Source: a virus. From it: DNA of 43,459 bases. The number at the start of each line of letters is the position of its first letter. Positions within the stretch are counted from its first letter, which is position 1. Under the pieces are notes generated by a model. It was not told where the DNA came from. It saw only the letters and a program-made list of their open reading frames with translations, and did not search any database. Below are positions 7,543 through 15,688 of this stretch, in pieces. Location of the stretch: positions 1 to 43,459 of IMG/VR virus record IMGVR_UViG_3300047409_000665; one strand, given 5' to 3'. A program made the translations under genes and the position numbers.

Positions 7543-9536
7543 CCACCCCCACCCTCAATGACCCCTGGCTGCTGGACCAGGCGCGCAAGTTCCTCGAGGA
7601 AGAGGGGCCGCCGCCGCATCCGCTGCTTCGCCTGCCCACGGCTGAGGAAATCGCGCAGGCGATGCGCCTGCCGAAGCAGTATGGTATTTACAAAGTCTCC
7701 GAGGCCTTTGCCGAACATCAGAAGCGTGTGCAGGACGCCGATGAACGCACCGGCGAACCCCTCACGCGCGGATTCATCCTCGAGCCGTGGTACACCCTGA
7801 TGGAGCAATTCCAGCACGCGCGGACGGTTTATTGCGGCGGTGGAAAGCGCGCCTCAAAGACCGAGTGCGCCGCGTGGCTGTTTGTTAAATCGTGCCTGGC
7901 CTATCCGGGCGGCCGGCGATGGATCCTGGGTGAGACCGAGAAATCCTCACAGAACATCCAGCAGCCCGCGATCTGGAAGTATCTGCCCCGGTCCTGGCGC
8001 ACGCAGCTCAACGCGAAGGAATCTCGCGAGTTCAAGCTCAAGTATGCCGAGGGCCGCGGCTTCTCCGACAACCTCCTCGTGATGCCGACCGATCCGCCTA
8101 CCATCGTCCAGTTTCTCTCGTTCATCCAGGACCCCCAGCATTACCAGGGGTGGCGGCTTGGAGCCGAGAACTTCAAGCCCATAACGTTAAAGGTCGCTGA
8201 AGGCCGGGAAATTCCGTTGCCAAACATGGGTTGGTGGGCTGATGAGAACATGCCACTGCTCTGGCTCGAGACGGCCGAGACGCGCAGCCAGGACGTGCAA
8301 TCGTGCGGTCTTTGGACCTTTTCACCCCTCGAGGGGATCACCGCGACGATCAAGGAGATGCTCGGAAGCCCGAAGGTTCTGGCGCAGAAACCGGCCGAAC
8401 TGGTGCCTCAGGACCGGATCATGGTCCCAGGCTGCAAGCCGGGTTGCATGCCCACGGTGATGGAATGCAGCCGCCCTCGCACGCGAGCGATCTTCTTCTT
8501 TCGCGAGGATAATCCCTTTGCCCGTTACGCCGATCACGCGGCGGAGATCCGCTCAAAGCCCGAGACCGTGATCATGCGCGATTCCTACGGCTGGGCTGTG
8601 GATGTGCGGCACCGCGCATTCCCGAAGTTTGGCGCGGTCCATATCATCAAGCCCGAGCATTTACCATCAGACGGAACCAATTACATGTTCACCGATCCCG
8701 CCGGGGCCAGGCGTTGGGCAACGATCTGGGTGCGGGTGGACCCGCGCGCCTACCTTTTCATCTATCGGGATTGGCCCGACAAAGCCCGATATGGCGATTG
8801 GGCGGTTCCGAGCGATCGCGATGAGGAGCCTGATGGACGGGCCGGGCCGGCGCAGCAAAGCGACGGCATGGGCGTGACCGGTTACAAGGAACTATTCCTC
8901 AATGAGGAGACCGTGACCTTGGAAATCTCAGGCCATGGAGAATGGGTCGAGTCGGACCCGTACCGAAGGAAGCTCGGCGACGATGTGATGTTGAACGCCC
9001 GCAAATCCAGGGCTGCTCCTGGTCGATGGAATCCGTCCGATGCCCGCGAGGTCCGCTCCCAACTGGCCAGTCCATTACGCGAGGAAATTCTCAGCCGTCG
9101 AGTGGATCCGCGCGCGGCCGGCAGCGAACACGCCCAGGAGCAGGGCGCCAAGACCGTTGTCGATCTCTTTGCGGAACGAGTGGTCGGCCCTGCCGGGGAG
9201 ATCACCGAGCCGATGATGCTCGAGCCAGCCTACAGCGGACGTTCTGTTGGCGTCGGTGAGAATGCACAGATCGGCACCGGCCTGGCCGAAGTCAACGAAC
9301 TCCTCGATTGGGACCCGCTCGACCCAAACGGGCCAGTGCCTGGCATCAACGAACCACGCTTGTACGTCTCGACCGAATGCGAGCAGGTGATCTGGATGAT
9401 GCAGACCTACACGGCCAGGGGCGGAGCGAAAGGCGGCTGCAAGGATTTTGCCGATCTGGTGCGGTACATGGCTTTGGCGGACCTGCAATACATCGGCGCC
9501 GAGGGAATGCTGGCGACAGGAGGAGGGACGTATTGA
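7539..9536 (+). CDS. terL: Terminase large subunit
   Basis: Walker A YCGGGKRASKTECAAW, Walker B GWWADE, C-terminal RNaseH-like nuclease segment FTDPAGARRWATIWVRVD; 665 aa. Confidence 0.85.
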   Translation: MTTPTLNDPWLLDQARKFLEEEGPPPHPLLRLPTAEEIAQAMRLPKQYGIYKVSEAFAEHQKRVQDADERTGEPLTRGFILEPWYTLMEQFQHARTVYCGGGKRASKTECAAWLFVKSCLAYPGGRRWILGETEKSSQNIQQPAIWKYLPRSWRTQLNAKESREFKLKYAEGRGFSDNLLVMPTDPPTIVQFLSFIQDPQHYQGWRLGAENFKPITLKVAEGREIPLPNMGWWADENMPLLWLETAETRSQDVQSCGLWTFSPLEGITATIKEMLGSPKVLAQKPAELVPQDRIMVPGCKPGCMPTVMECSRPRTRAIFFFREDNPFARYADHAAEIRSKPETVIMRDSYGWAVDVRHRAFPKFGAVHIIKPEHLPSDGTNYMFTDPAGARRWATIWVRVDPRAYLFIYRDWPDKARYGDWAVPSDRDEEPDGRAGPAQQSDGMGVTGYKELFLNEETVTLEISGHGEWVESDPYRRKLGDDVMLNARKSRAAPGRWNPSDAREVRSQLASPLREEILSRRVDPRAAGSEHAQEQGAKTVVDLFAERVVGPAGEITEPMMLEPAYSGRSVGVGENAQIGTGLAEVNELLDWDPLDPNGPVPGINEPRLYVSTECEQVIWMMQTYTARGGAKGGCKDFADLVRYMALADLQYIGAEGMLATGGGTY

Positions 9537-10128
9537 GCACACCCACCTTGATCTCTTCTCAGGCATCGGAGGATTCGCCTTGGCTGCTCAATGGGCAGGA
9601 TGGACAACCATCGGATTCAGCGAGATCGATCCCTACGCCAGCAAAGTACTCAAGCAATACTGGCCCAGCGTCCCAAACTACGGAGACATCCGAAACCTCA
9701 AAGGCATCAAGGCCGACTTGGTTACAGGGGGATTTCCTTGCCAGCCATACAGTGTTGCCGGGAAGCGAAGAGGCGCGAGCGATGACCGCGCGCTCTGGCC
9801 GGAAATGCTCCGAGTTATTACCGAAACAGCACCCACTTGGGTCCTTGCTGAAAACGTGCCTGGAATCATCAACATGGAACTCGAACGTGTGCTTTCTGAC
9901 CTGGAAGCCATCGGTTACGCCTGTTGGCCGCTTGTTATTCCAGCTTGCGCCGTGGACGCAAGACACCGACGAAGCCGAGTCTGGATTGTGGCCCACCCCG
10001 TCAGCCAACGACTGGAAGGGCTGGAGCCATGGCCACAACAGGGCGGATACCGACGACCGACTGGACTACAAAATCGAACGACAGGCGGCGGAACTCCTGA
10101 GCCCCCCCCCGACTCAATGGCCGGCTGA
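9448..10128 (+). CDS. DNA (cytosine-5)-methyltransferase, N-terminal catalytic part (frame 1); real coding probably ends near 9993
   Basis: Motif I LDLFSGIGGF, motif IV GGFPCQPYS, motif VI ENVPG, motif VIII-like ARHRRSRVWIVA. The start is uncertain: ATG 9448 overlaps terL by 89 nt, whereas ATT 9532 follows AGGAGG (9521-9526). Confidence 0.8.
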   Translation: MPIWCGTWLWRTCNTSAPRECWRQEEGRIEHTHLDLFSGIGGFALAAQWAGWTTIGFSEIDPYASKVLKQYWPSVPNYGDIRNLKGIKADLVTGGFPCQPYSVAGKRRGASDDRALWPEMLRVITETAPTWVLAENVPGIINMELERVLSDLEAIGYACWPLVIPACAVDARHRRSRVWIVAHPVSQRLEGLEPWPQQGGYRRPTGLQNRTTGGGTPEPPPDSMAG

Positions 10129-10252
10129 ACCCGCCCTGGGTCGAGTGGCTCATGGGATACCCAATAGGTCACACCGCCTTAAAGGACTCGGAAATGCCAT
10201 CGTCCCGCAAGTCGCGGCGCAAATCCTCCACTGGATGAAGAATCACTCGTGA
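9986..10252 (+). pseudogene. C-terminal part of the same C5-methyltransferase in a different frame (frame 2), ending in motif X
   Basis: LWPTPSANDWKG...WPAEPALGRVAHGIPNRSHRLKGLGNAIVPQVAAQILHWM. Third-position GC over 10001-10102 is 26/34 in this frame versus 15/34 in frame 1. Confidence 0.7.
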
Positions 10253-10458
10253 CCTCTCGCCTCCAACTGTTCGTAGACGGCTTCCGCCTTTGGCTCTCCC
10301 CCAAGGAAGCCCGGCAATTACTTTCGTGCGGCCGGGAAACACTGCGCACCTATCGCGATCGCGGGAAGATCCGAACCCGGCAGACCCCCAGAGGACACTA
10401 CCGCTACTGGCGCGATGACATTTTAAACATCCTAAAACCGATAAATCATGAAAACTAA
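10249..10458 (+). CDS. Excisionase/MerR-family HTH protein
   Basis: WLSPKEARQLLSCGRETLRTYRDRGKIRTRQTPRGHYRYWRDDI; GTG start in a GTGA overlap. Confidence 0.6.
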   Translation: MTSRLQLFVDGFRLWLSPKEARQLLSCGRETLRTYRDRGKIRTRQTPRGHYRYWRDDILNILKPINHEN

Positions 10459-10699
10459 ACAACAAACTCACCAAACTAAACCGACTCAACACACACTCGA
10501 CATCCGCAGTCTCGACGCGATTCAGGCCGAGATTGATTCGTTGCCTGAAGGCTCCCGGCGTAAAGCGTTGGAAGGGGCGAACGAGATTCGCGGGACGGTC
10601 CGCAGATTAGGTGAGCCGAGTGGTTCTCACGCTCTTGCGCTGGTGGTGGCAGAACTCGCGCTTGAGGCTCCGCCTGAATCAGACCACTCCGTCTCATAG
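10448..10699 (+). CDS. Small hypothetical protein
   Basis: 83-aa ORF overlapping the previous gene by 11 nt. Confidence 0.45.
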   Translation: MKTKQQTHQTKPTQHTLDIRSLDAIQAEIDSLPEGSRRKALEGANEIRGTVRRLGEPSGSHALALVVAELALEAPPESDHSVS

Positions 10700-10707
10700 A
10701 AATCTGC

Positions 10708-10950
10708 TCAAGCCTTCTGCGTGATGCGTTCCGCAAGCCACATCTTGATAATCGATTGCCGGGGAACACCCACCCGGCGCGCCTCCTGGTCCAGTCCGTC
10801 AATCATCCATGCGGGTAGATCGACATTCACCCGCCGTTGCTCGAGACCAGGTCGGGTGGCTTTCGACCAGTCCAAATACTCGCTCATATCCTCACCGGAA
10901 TCAGCCAGCCGATCGAATTCCTCAGCGGTAATAGTTTTCTTTTTCTTCAT
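10708..10950 (-). CDS. brnA: BrnA-type (CopG-like) antitoxin
   Basis: MKKKKTITAEEFDRLADSGEDMSEYLDWSKA...RVNVDLPAWMIDGLDQEARRVGVPRQSIIKMWL; directly downstream of brnT. Start taken at the internal ATG 10950. Confidence 0.75.
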   Translation of the reverse strand: MKKKKTITAEEFDRLADSGEDMSEYLDWSKATRPGLEQRRVNVDLPAWMIDGLDQEARRVGVPRQSIIKMWLAERITQKA

Positions 10951-11182
10951 CGCGTGCCCTTCTGGCGGTGATGATTCGAATTCGGTCTTCCCGTTCGGTG
11001 TAAACGCACATCCAGAGTTTGCCATCAACCTCACCGACCAGCCCGGAACGGGTTTCATTCACCTGCCGGGCTGGAACCACTATTCGATTCGCATCCTGCC
11101 ACAATTTCTGGATTCGAACGAAGTCGATCCCGTGCTTGGCCAGATTTGCGGCCGACTTTGCGGGATCAAACTCGAATTCCAT
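10922..11182 (-). CDS. brnT: BrnT (DUF497) ribonuclease toxin
   Basis: MEFEFDPAKSAANLAKHGIDF...VYTEREDRIRIITARRA is the typical BrnT signature. Confidence 0.8.
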   Translation of the reverse strand: MEFEFDPAKSAANLAKHGIDFVRIQKLWQDANRIVVPARQVNETRSGLVGEVDGKLWMCVYTEREDRIRIITARRARDEEKENYYR

Positions 11183-11217
11183 TAACGGTATAATAAAGGT
11201 ATATTTTCAGGAGTCAA
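11183..11217 (-). promoter_or_regulatory. Sigma70-like promoter for brnTA (probably leaderless). It overlaps a plus-strand TATAAT and AGGAG upstream of the portal gene
   Basis: The minus strand reads TTGACT (11217-11212), a 16-nt spacer, TATTAT (11195-11190), 7 nt, then ATG (11182). The plus strand has TATAAT at 11189-11194 and AGGAG at 11209-11213. Confidence 0.45.
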
Positions 11218-11218
11218 A

Positions 11219-13417
11219 ATGAAACCCGACATCAAAGACCTCGTCACAGAGTTCCAGGAGCTGATCGACGGCCCTGGCGATGACCTCGCCCGGCGCCAGC
11301 TCAACTACAACACCCGCTATTGCGTCTGGGCCGGCCAATCGCCCGATCTCAAGAAGTGGAAGAAGAATATGCCCGCGGGCCAGGAGGTCGTCCCATGGGA
11401 AGGCGCGACCGATTCCCGCGTGTACCTCGTCGACCAATACATCAATGAGGATGTGGACACTCTTTGCCTGGCGTTCAACCAGGCTCAACCCGAGGCCAAG
11501 CCAGTCGCACTCGATGACATAGGAAAGGCCAAGAGGACCTCGCAATTTCTGCAGTGGCTCTGGAGTTCGCAGATTGAAGACATCGATGCCGAGGCAGAGA
11601 TCCTCGCCAACGGCATGCTCGAGGATGGCATCGCCTACGCCGGGATCGTGTGGGAACGCAAGGTCGAGCTGACCGACCAGGAATTCAGCCTCGAGCAAAT
11701 CACCAATGCGGCCATGGCCGCCCAGTTCCAGCGACAGAAAGGCGACCCGGATCCGAATCTTGACCTGATCATGGCATTGCCGCAGACCCTGATGGATCCG
11801 GAGCGCGACGATGATTCGATTGAGCTGGTAAAAGCCATCTATCGCCAGCAAGCCGAGCTGACAGGTGATTTCTATGAGTCAGAAATTCCAGACCCGACCA
11901 CTGCAGATGTCCGGGCAGGGATCAAGGAATTGCGCGAGACGGGCAAGACCACGATCGCAGTGCCCAGGCTCGTATCCAACAAGCCGGCGGTTACTGCCCT
12001 GCGGGATCGGCTCGATCTGTTTCTGCCTGACGACACCCAACGGCTGCAGGACGCGCGCCGTATTTATCGCCGGGAATTCGTCACGGCGGAGGCCCTCGAC
12101 AATCGGCAGATTTCAATGGGTTATGACGAGAAATGGGTGAAGGAGGTCAAGGAACGGGCCAAGGGCCGATCCACAGCAGCCTGGTATGCCGGCGTCGAAC
12201 AGCGCAATGCAAAGGGCCTTGTCTCTTCGCGCCGTATTCCTGGCGATCCATATCTGGATATCAATGAGCTCTACGAGATCGTCCATTGTTACGAGCGCAA
12301 ATCCAATGAGCGTGGCGTTCCGGGCATTTACTGCACGGTCTTTTGTCCCTCCTGCACGCACGTCAACAGCCAGGAGATTTATGCCTACAGCCAATTGCTG
12401 GGCTACGATCACGGCCAATATCCGTTTGTGGAATTCCCGCGGGAACGGTTGAGCCGGCGTTGCACTGATGCCCGTGGCTACGGCGAATTGGGTGCGAGTT
12501 TCCAGAAGCTGCTCAAGGTCGAGCAGGATTCGCGGTGCGACAGCACCAACATGACCACGATCCCGCCCTTGATGCATCCGATGGGCCGGCCCCCGACCCG
12601 CTGGGGTCCAGGGGTCCGGGTGCCCGAGGCGCGCCGGGACGATTACCACTACGCGGCTGTGCCCCCGCCGCCGAGCACCTCGTTTCAGGTCTCGCAGGAT
12701 ATCCAGCATCGAGCCGACAGGAACTTTGGACGGCCGGTCGCGGACGAGGATCCGGCCTATGCCAGGAACCGGCGAATGCGAATGACTGAGCGTTGGCTGG
12801 GCTGCTGGACAAAGGTTCTCGCGCAGGCCTTCGCCTTGTGCCAGCAATTCCAGCCCGATGTCTTCTGGTTTCGTGTCACTGGCCAGCTCGATGCCGAGCC
12901 GATCCGGGCCAGCCGGGATGATATCCAGGGCAAATTCGATCTCAGCCTGAGTTTCAACATTGCCGGCCTTGAGCCCGACCTCCTCGAGAAACAATTCAAG
13001 ATGCTGATTGAATTCGTCCAGGCTGTGGACATCGGCGGCACCGTGGACCGCGACCAACTGTTGCGCCTTGGCCTCGAGGCGATCAACCCCGCATTCGCGG
13101 AACGCCTCCTGAAGAATCCGCAAGGCGCAGCCCAAGCCGAGATCGACCAGGAACGATTGGTCGTGACCGGCCTGCTCAACGGCATCGACAGCGACGTGAA
13201 GCCCGGGCAAGCCCATCAACTGCGATTGCAGACCTTCGACAACATCATGCAGACCAACAGCCGCGCGATGCAGATCGCGGCGGAGAACCCGCAAGTGGCG
13301 GAGCTACTGAAGAAGCGCCGTCAACAGCTCCAATTCGCTGTGGAGCAGAAGACGACCAACGCCCAGGCGGGGAGGGTCGGCACGTTGCCAAGTCAACAGA
13401 TGGGGGCGGGGGCGTGA
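11219..13417 (+). CDS. Portal protein (candidate)
   Basis: 732-aa ORF, the first large late gene after terL and followed by scaffold and capsid genes. The call rests on position and size. Confidence 0.6.
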   Translation: MKPDIKDLVTEFQELIDGPGDDLARRQLNYNTRYCVWAGQSPDLKKWKKNMPAGQEVVPWEGATDSRVYLVDQYINEDVDTLCLAFNQAQPEAKPVALDDIGKAKRTSQFLQWLWSSQIEDIDAEAEILANGMLEDGIAYAGIVWERKVELTDQEFSLEQITNAAMAAQFQRQKGDPDPNLDLIMALPQTLMDPERDDDSIELVKAIYRQQAELTGDFYESEIPDPTTADVRAGIKELRETGKTTIAVPRLVSNKPAVTALRDRLDLFLPDDTQRLQDARRIYRREFVTAEALDNRQISMGYDEKWVKEVKERAKGRSTAAWYAGVEQRNAKGLVSSRRIPGDPYLDINELYEIVHCYERKSNERGVPGIYCTVFCPSCTHVNSQEIYAYSQLLGYDHGQYPFVEFPRERLSRRCTDARGYGELGASFQKLLKVEQDSRCDSTNMTTIPPLMHPMGRPPTRWGPGVRVPEARRDDYHYAAVPPPPSTSFQVSQDIQHRADRNFGRPVADEDPAYARNRRMRMTERWLGCWTKVLAQAFALCQQFQPDVFWFRVTGQLDAEPIRASRDDIQGKFDLSLSFNIAGLEPDLLEKQFKMLIEFVQAVDIGGTVDRDQLLRLGLEAINPAFAERLLKNPQGAAQAEIDQERLVVTGLLNGIDSDVKPGQAHQLRLQTFDNIMQTNSRAMQIAAENPQVAELLKKRRQQLQFAVEQKTTNAQAGRVGTLPSQQMGAGA

Positions 13418-13423
13418 AAGAAG

Positions 13424-13458
13424 TGACAAGTGATGAGTGACGAGTGATGAGTGACGAG
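13424..13458. repeat. Heptamer tandem array (TGAYNAG)x5
   Basis: TGACAAG TGATGAG TGACGAG TGATGAG TGACGAG, equivalent to two exact 14-mers GTGATGAGTGACGA at 13430-13457. It lies between the portal stop and ATG 13460. Confidence 0.9.
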
Positions 13459-13459
13459 C

Positions 13460-13744
13460 ATGAAATTCGCTGAACTCAATAAGGCAGCGCAGAGCCTCGC
13501 GCCCGAACAGGTCGATGCCAGCTTGCGCGAATTGATGCGTGATCCGCGCTTTGCGGCCGTCGTCAGGCTTTTGAGCGATTACCGGGAGGAATTGATGGTG
13601 CGCGGCGGCGCGCCGAACGTTGCGGCCAATCCCAGCGCCTCAACGATCATGGCCCATTATTTCGGGGGCGTGGATATTCTCCTGGCCCTGGAAACCCGCC
13701 TTTCGGGGATTTGTGAAGAGGCGGAACGGCAGAGGGCAAGTTAG
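13460..13744 (+). CDS. Hypothetical protein
   Basis: ORF 13451..13744; ATG 13460 is preferred over GTG 13451, which lies inside the repeat. Confidence 0.5.
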   Translation: MKFAELNKAAQSLAPEQVDASLRELMRDPRFAAVVRLLSDYREELMVRGGAPNVAANPSASTIMAHYFGGVDILLALETRLSGICEEAERQRAS

Positions 13745-13755
13745 GCTAGGCCAGG

Positions 13756-14241
13756 CTAGGGGATCAATTCAGGTTGGTCGACAACCGGTTGGCTGATTTC
13801 GAGCCCCCCCACCCTGGGGTCCTTGTTTAGTACCAGTATACGACTGTCGAATGTGAATAAAGCTCGAGCCTTATAAATCAGAGCTGTAGCTATGTGAATT
13901 GCATCAGGGGTGGCAAGTTTTCCACTCTCCTGATTTAGCAGCCGGTCGCGAAGCTCGCGAGCTTTCAGCGCGATGGCTATGTCAACGTCGTAGGCGATGT
14001 GGTCGCGTGTGCGAAACGACTTGCGGAACAACCGTTCCTTTTCCTCGTCCATTTTCGAAGCCAGAACTTCGATTAGGGTGATCGTCGAAGAGATGATAGT
14101 AACTTTGCGCTCGAAGTTCTCCTTGAGAACCTGGGCGATGGCGTCCATCGGTGCCTTGCCGTGAGATTGTTCATCTCTCAACCAGGCAATGTAGACACAA
14201 GAATCCCAATAAATAACTTTGGTCTGGTCAGTCCCACTCAT
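13756..14241 (-). CDS. PIN-domain (VapC-like) ribonuclease
   Basis: N-terminal VIYWDSCVYIAWL (Asp), TPDAIHIATALIY and LFTFDSRI acidic motifs typical of PIN. Confidence 0.75.
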   Translation of the reverse strand: MSGTDQTKVIYWDSCVYIAWLRDEQSHGKAPMDAIAQVLKENFERKVTIISSTITLIEVLASKMDEEKERLFRKSFRTRDHIAYDVDIAIALKARELRDRLLNQESGKLATPDAIHIATALIYKARALFTFDSRILVLNKDPRVGGLEISQPVVDQPELIP

Positions 14242-15049
14242 CCCGGATAGCTCTCACGAATTCGACGGATGACATTTGCGGCAATGCTCCAGCAGCAATC
14301 CCTCTCAAATCCTTCAAATGGACTTCGGTTTTGTCCGAGAGAATCTCGAAATCTCGGACTGCCACCCGGTAAGGATAGGGACTTTGTGGCCGGAAATATT
14401 TGAATCCTTCCACCCGGACGTATTGTCCCAGAGCGTCGCGAAGCTGATCCGCGGTGCCTGGGAGAAAATCACATCGGATCTTTGGGGGAGCTACACGCGG
14501 ATAGATCCAGAATCTGCGCGCGTGACCGTGAATGTTGACGCTGTCCAGGCTTCCTTCGACGGTTCCGTATGATGAATCTGCTTCGTTGAGCAACCGTTGA
14601 ATGTTTATTACGAAATCCTGATCGAGCCGCACCCCGGTGTCTCCGTTGGAGATAATCACCGTCTTGAATGAGCTTTCCGGGCCGGCTGTAAGATCCCGCA
14701 AATGCTCCAATATGGGTTCGTCCAGATCCGGGGAAACCGGTTCATTGCGACTAATCGCTTTGAGTTCCTGGAAGAATCTGTGGTGCCTGACGGCGATGTG
14801 GTCGCGGTTCGGCTTCGGAAAGCTGGGGCGGACCATCGGCTCCAGGGTCACTCTTACGGGGCTACTTTTGCTTATTTCAACAATCCGATAATAAAGCGTT
14901 GGTTTTCCCGTTCCTCCGACCAACCGATCGAAGCCGTTGAGCGTGGTGATGAGGTGGCTCAGCTCTTCACAGAATTGATCAGCTCGAACTTGCCCCTGCT
15001 CAGATTCGCCACCTTCCACTATGAGTGTAATGCGGTTTTCTGAATTCAT
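14228..15049 (-). CDS. 273-aa unknown protein, operon partner of the PIN gene (candidate atypical antitoxin or sensor)
   Basis: Its stop overlaps the PIN start by 14 nt; GAGG lies 5 nt before the ATG. The C-terminal tail is SSVEFVRAIRDEWD. No family recognised. Confidence 0.6.
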   Translation of the reverse strand: MNSENRITLIVEGGESEQGQVRADQFCEELSHLITTLNGFDRLVGGTGKPTLYYRIVEISKSSPVRVTLEPMVRPSFPKPNRDHIAVRHHRFFQELKAISRNEPVSPDLDEPILEHLRDLTAGPESSFKTVIISNGDTGVRLDQDFVINIQRLLNEADSSYGTVEGSLDSVNIHGHARRFWIYPRVAPPKIRCDFLPGTADQLRDALGQYVRVEGFKYFRPQSPYPYRVAVRDFEILSDKTEVHLKDLRGIAAGALPQMSSVEFVRAIRDEWD

Positions 15050-15070
15050 CGGCCCCTCACTTTATCCGTG

Positions 15071-15087
15071 TTACCAACCCTTGGTAA
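15071..15087. promoter_or_regulatory. Perfect palindrome TTACCAA-ccc-TTGGTAA upstream of the 273-aa/PIN operon (candidate autoregulatory operator)
   Basis: The site is 22 nt upstream of start codon 15049. On the minus strand it overlaps a possible TTACCA-N17-TAAAGT promoter. Confidence 0.35.
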
Positions 15088-15115
15088 TTTCTTTCGGGCA
15101 GAATCGTGCTCCTCG

Positions 15116-15688
15116 TCATGGGAACAGGCTTCGCACCGCAACTTGGATTGAAGGTATTGATTGACATTTAATGGTCTCCATCAACCCGAAGTTTTTCTGA
15201 GCCGTGTACCTGCCGTCCGCGGGCAATCGGTAGACCTCGACGTGTTTCGTTGCCGTATCAACGATCCAATATTCCAAGACACCGGCCTCCGCGTAGATTT
15301 CGGCCTTCGCACGATCGAGGGCGAGGCTGGTGACAGCGACTTCGATGACCAGGAGGGCGGTTGTGGGGTGTTGTTGACGAAATTCAATTTCATTGGCTCC
15401 CACGACGGCGATATCCGGTTCGGGTTCCGAATCGATGAAGGTCAGGGGCTCATCTTTCCAGACTGAGAATCCCTCAAGGGGGATGGATCGGAGAATGAGT
15501 GTGTGGAGAAAGGTAGAGATCCAACTGTGAAGAGGTGATTTTGACATCTTTTCAATGACGATTCCCCGCACCAGTTCAGTGCGTCGGCCGCGATGGTTGC
15601 GTTCCGGAAACTGGTGATATTCCTCGACGGATACAGGCGAGAGACGCTCGCGAACCTCGGGGATCTGCAAGAGTTGTGTGGCGCTCAT
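15116..15688 (-). CDS. Uma2 (DUF820) family endonuclease
   Basis: SVEEYHQF...TELVRGIVIEKMSKSPLHS...EPEPDIAVV...LVIEVAVTSLALDRAKAEIYAEAGVLEYWIVD...VEVYRLP. An alternative GTG start is at 15742. Confidence 0.75.
   Translation of the reverse strand: MSATQLLQIPEVRERLSPVSVEEYHQFPERNHRGRRTELVRGIVIEKMSKSPLHSWISTFLHTLILRSIPLEGFSVWKDEPLTFIDSEPEPDIAVVGANEIEFRQQHPTTALLVIEVAVTSLALDRAKAEIYAEAGVLEYWIVDTATKHVEVYRLPADGRYTAQKNFGLMETIKCQSIPSIQVAVRSLFP

Noticed and set aside
10102-10110. The C9 homopolymer as the single cause of the methyltransferase frame break (my first hypothesis)
   Set aside because: Codon third-position GC shows that frame 2 is already the coding frame from about 10000, upstream of the tract. 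The uncompensated break is therefore near 9986-9999. The C9 tract remains of interest only as a boundary of a possible compensated shift or slippage site.
12113-13294. 393-aa minus-strand ORF inside the portal gene. Similar long antisense ORFs occur at 4519..5112, 5254..5886, 6302..6925, 15961..16797, 16958..17725, 21664..22554, 25234..25920, 32561..33271, 33265..33879 and 33925..34581
   Set aside because: All lie wholly antisense to genes with recognisable products or clear operon context. Their translations are Arg/Gly/Pro/His-rich and low-complexity, as expected for off-frame ORFs in GC-rich DNA. They have no start-site context and no motifs.
13424-13458. CRISPR array or CRISPR-like repeats (also considered for 15768-15797 and 32143-32170)
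   Set aside because: The units are 7-10 nt and directly tandem with no spacers, far too short for CRISPR repeats, and there are no cas genes.
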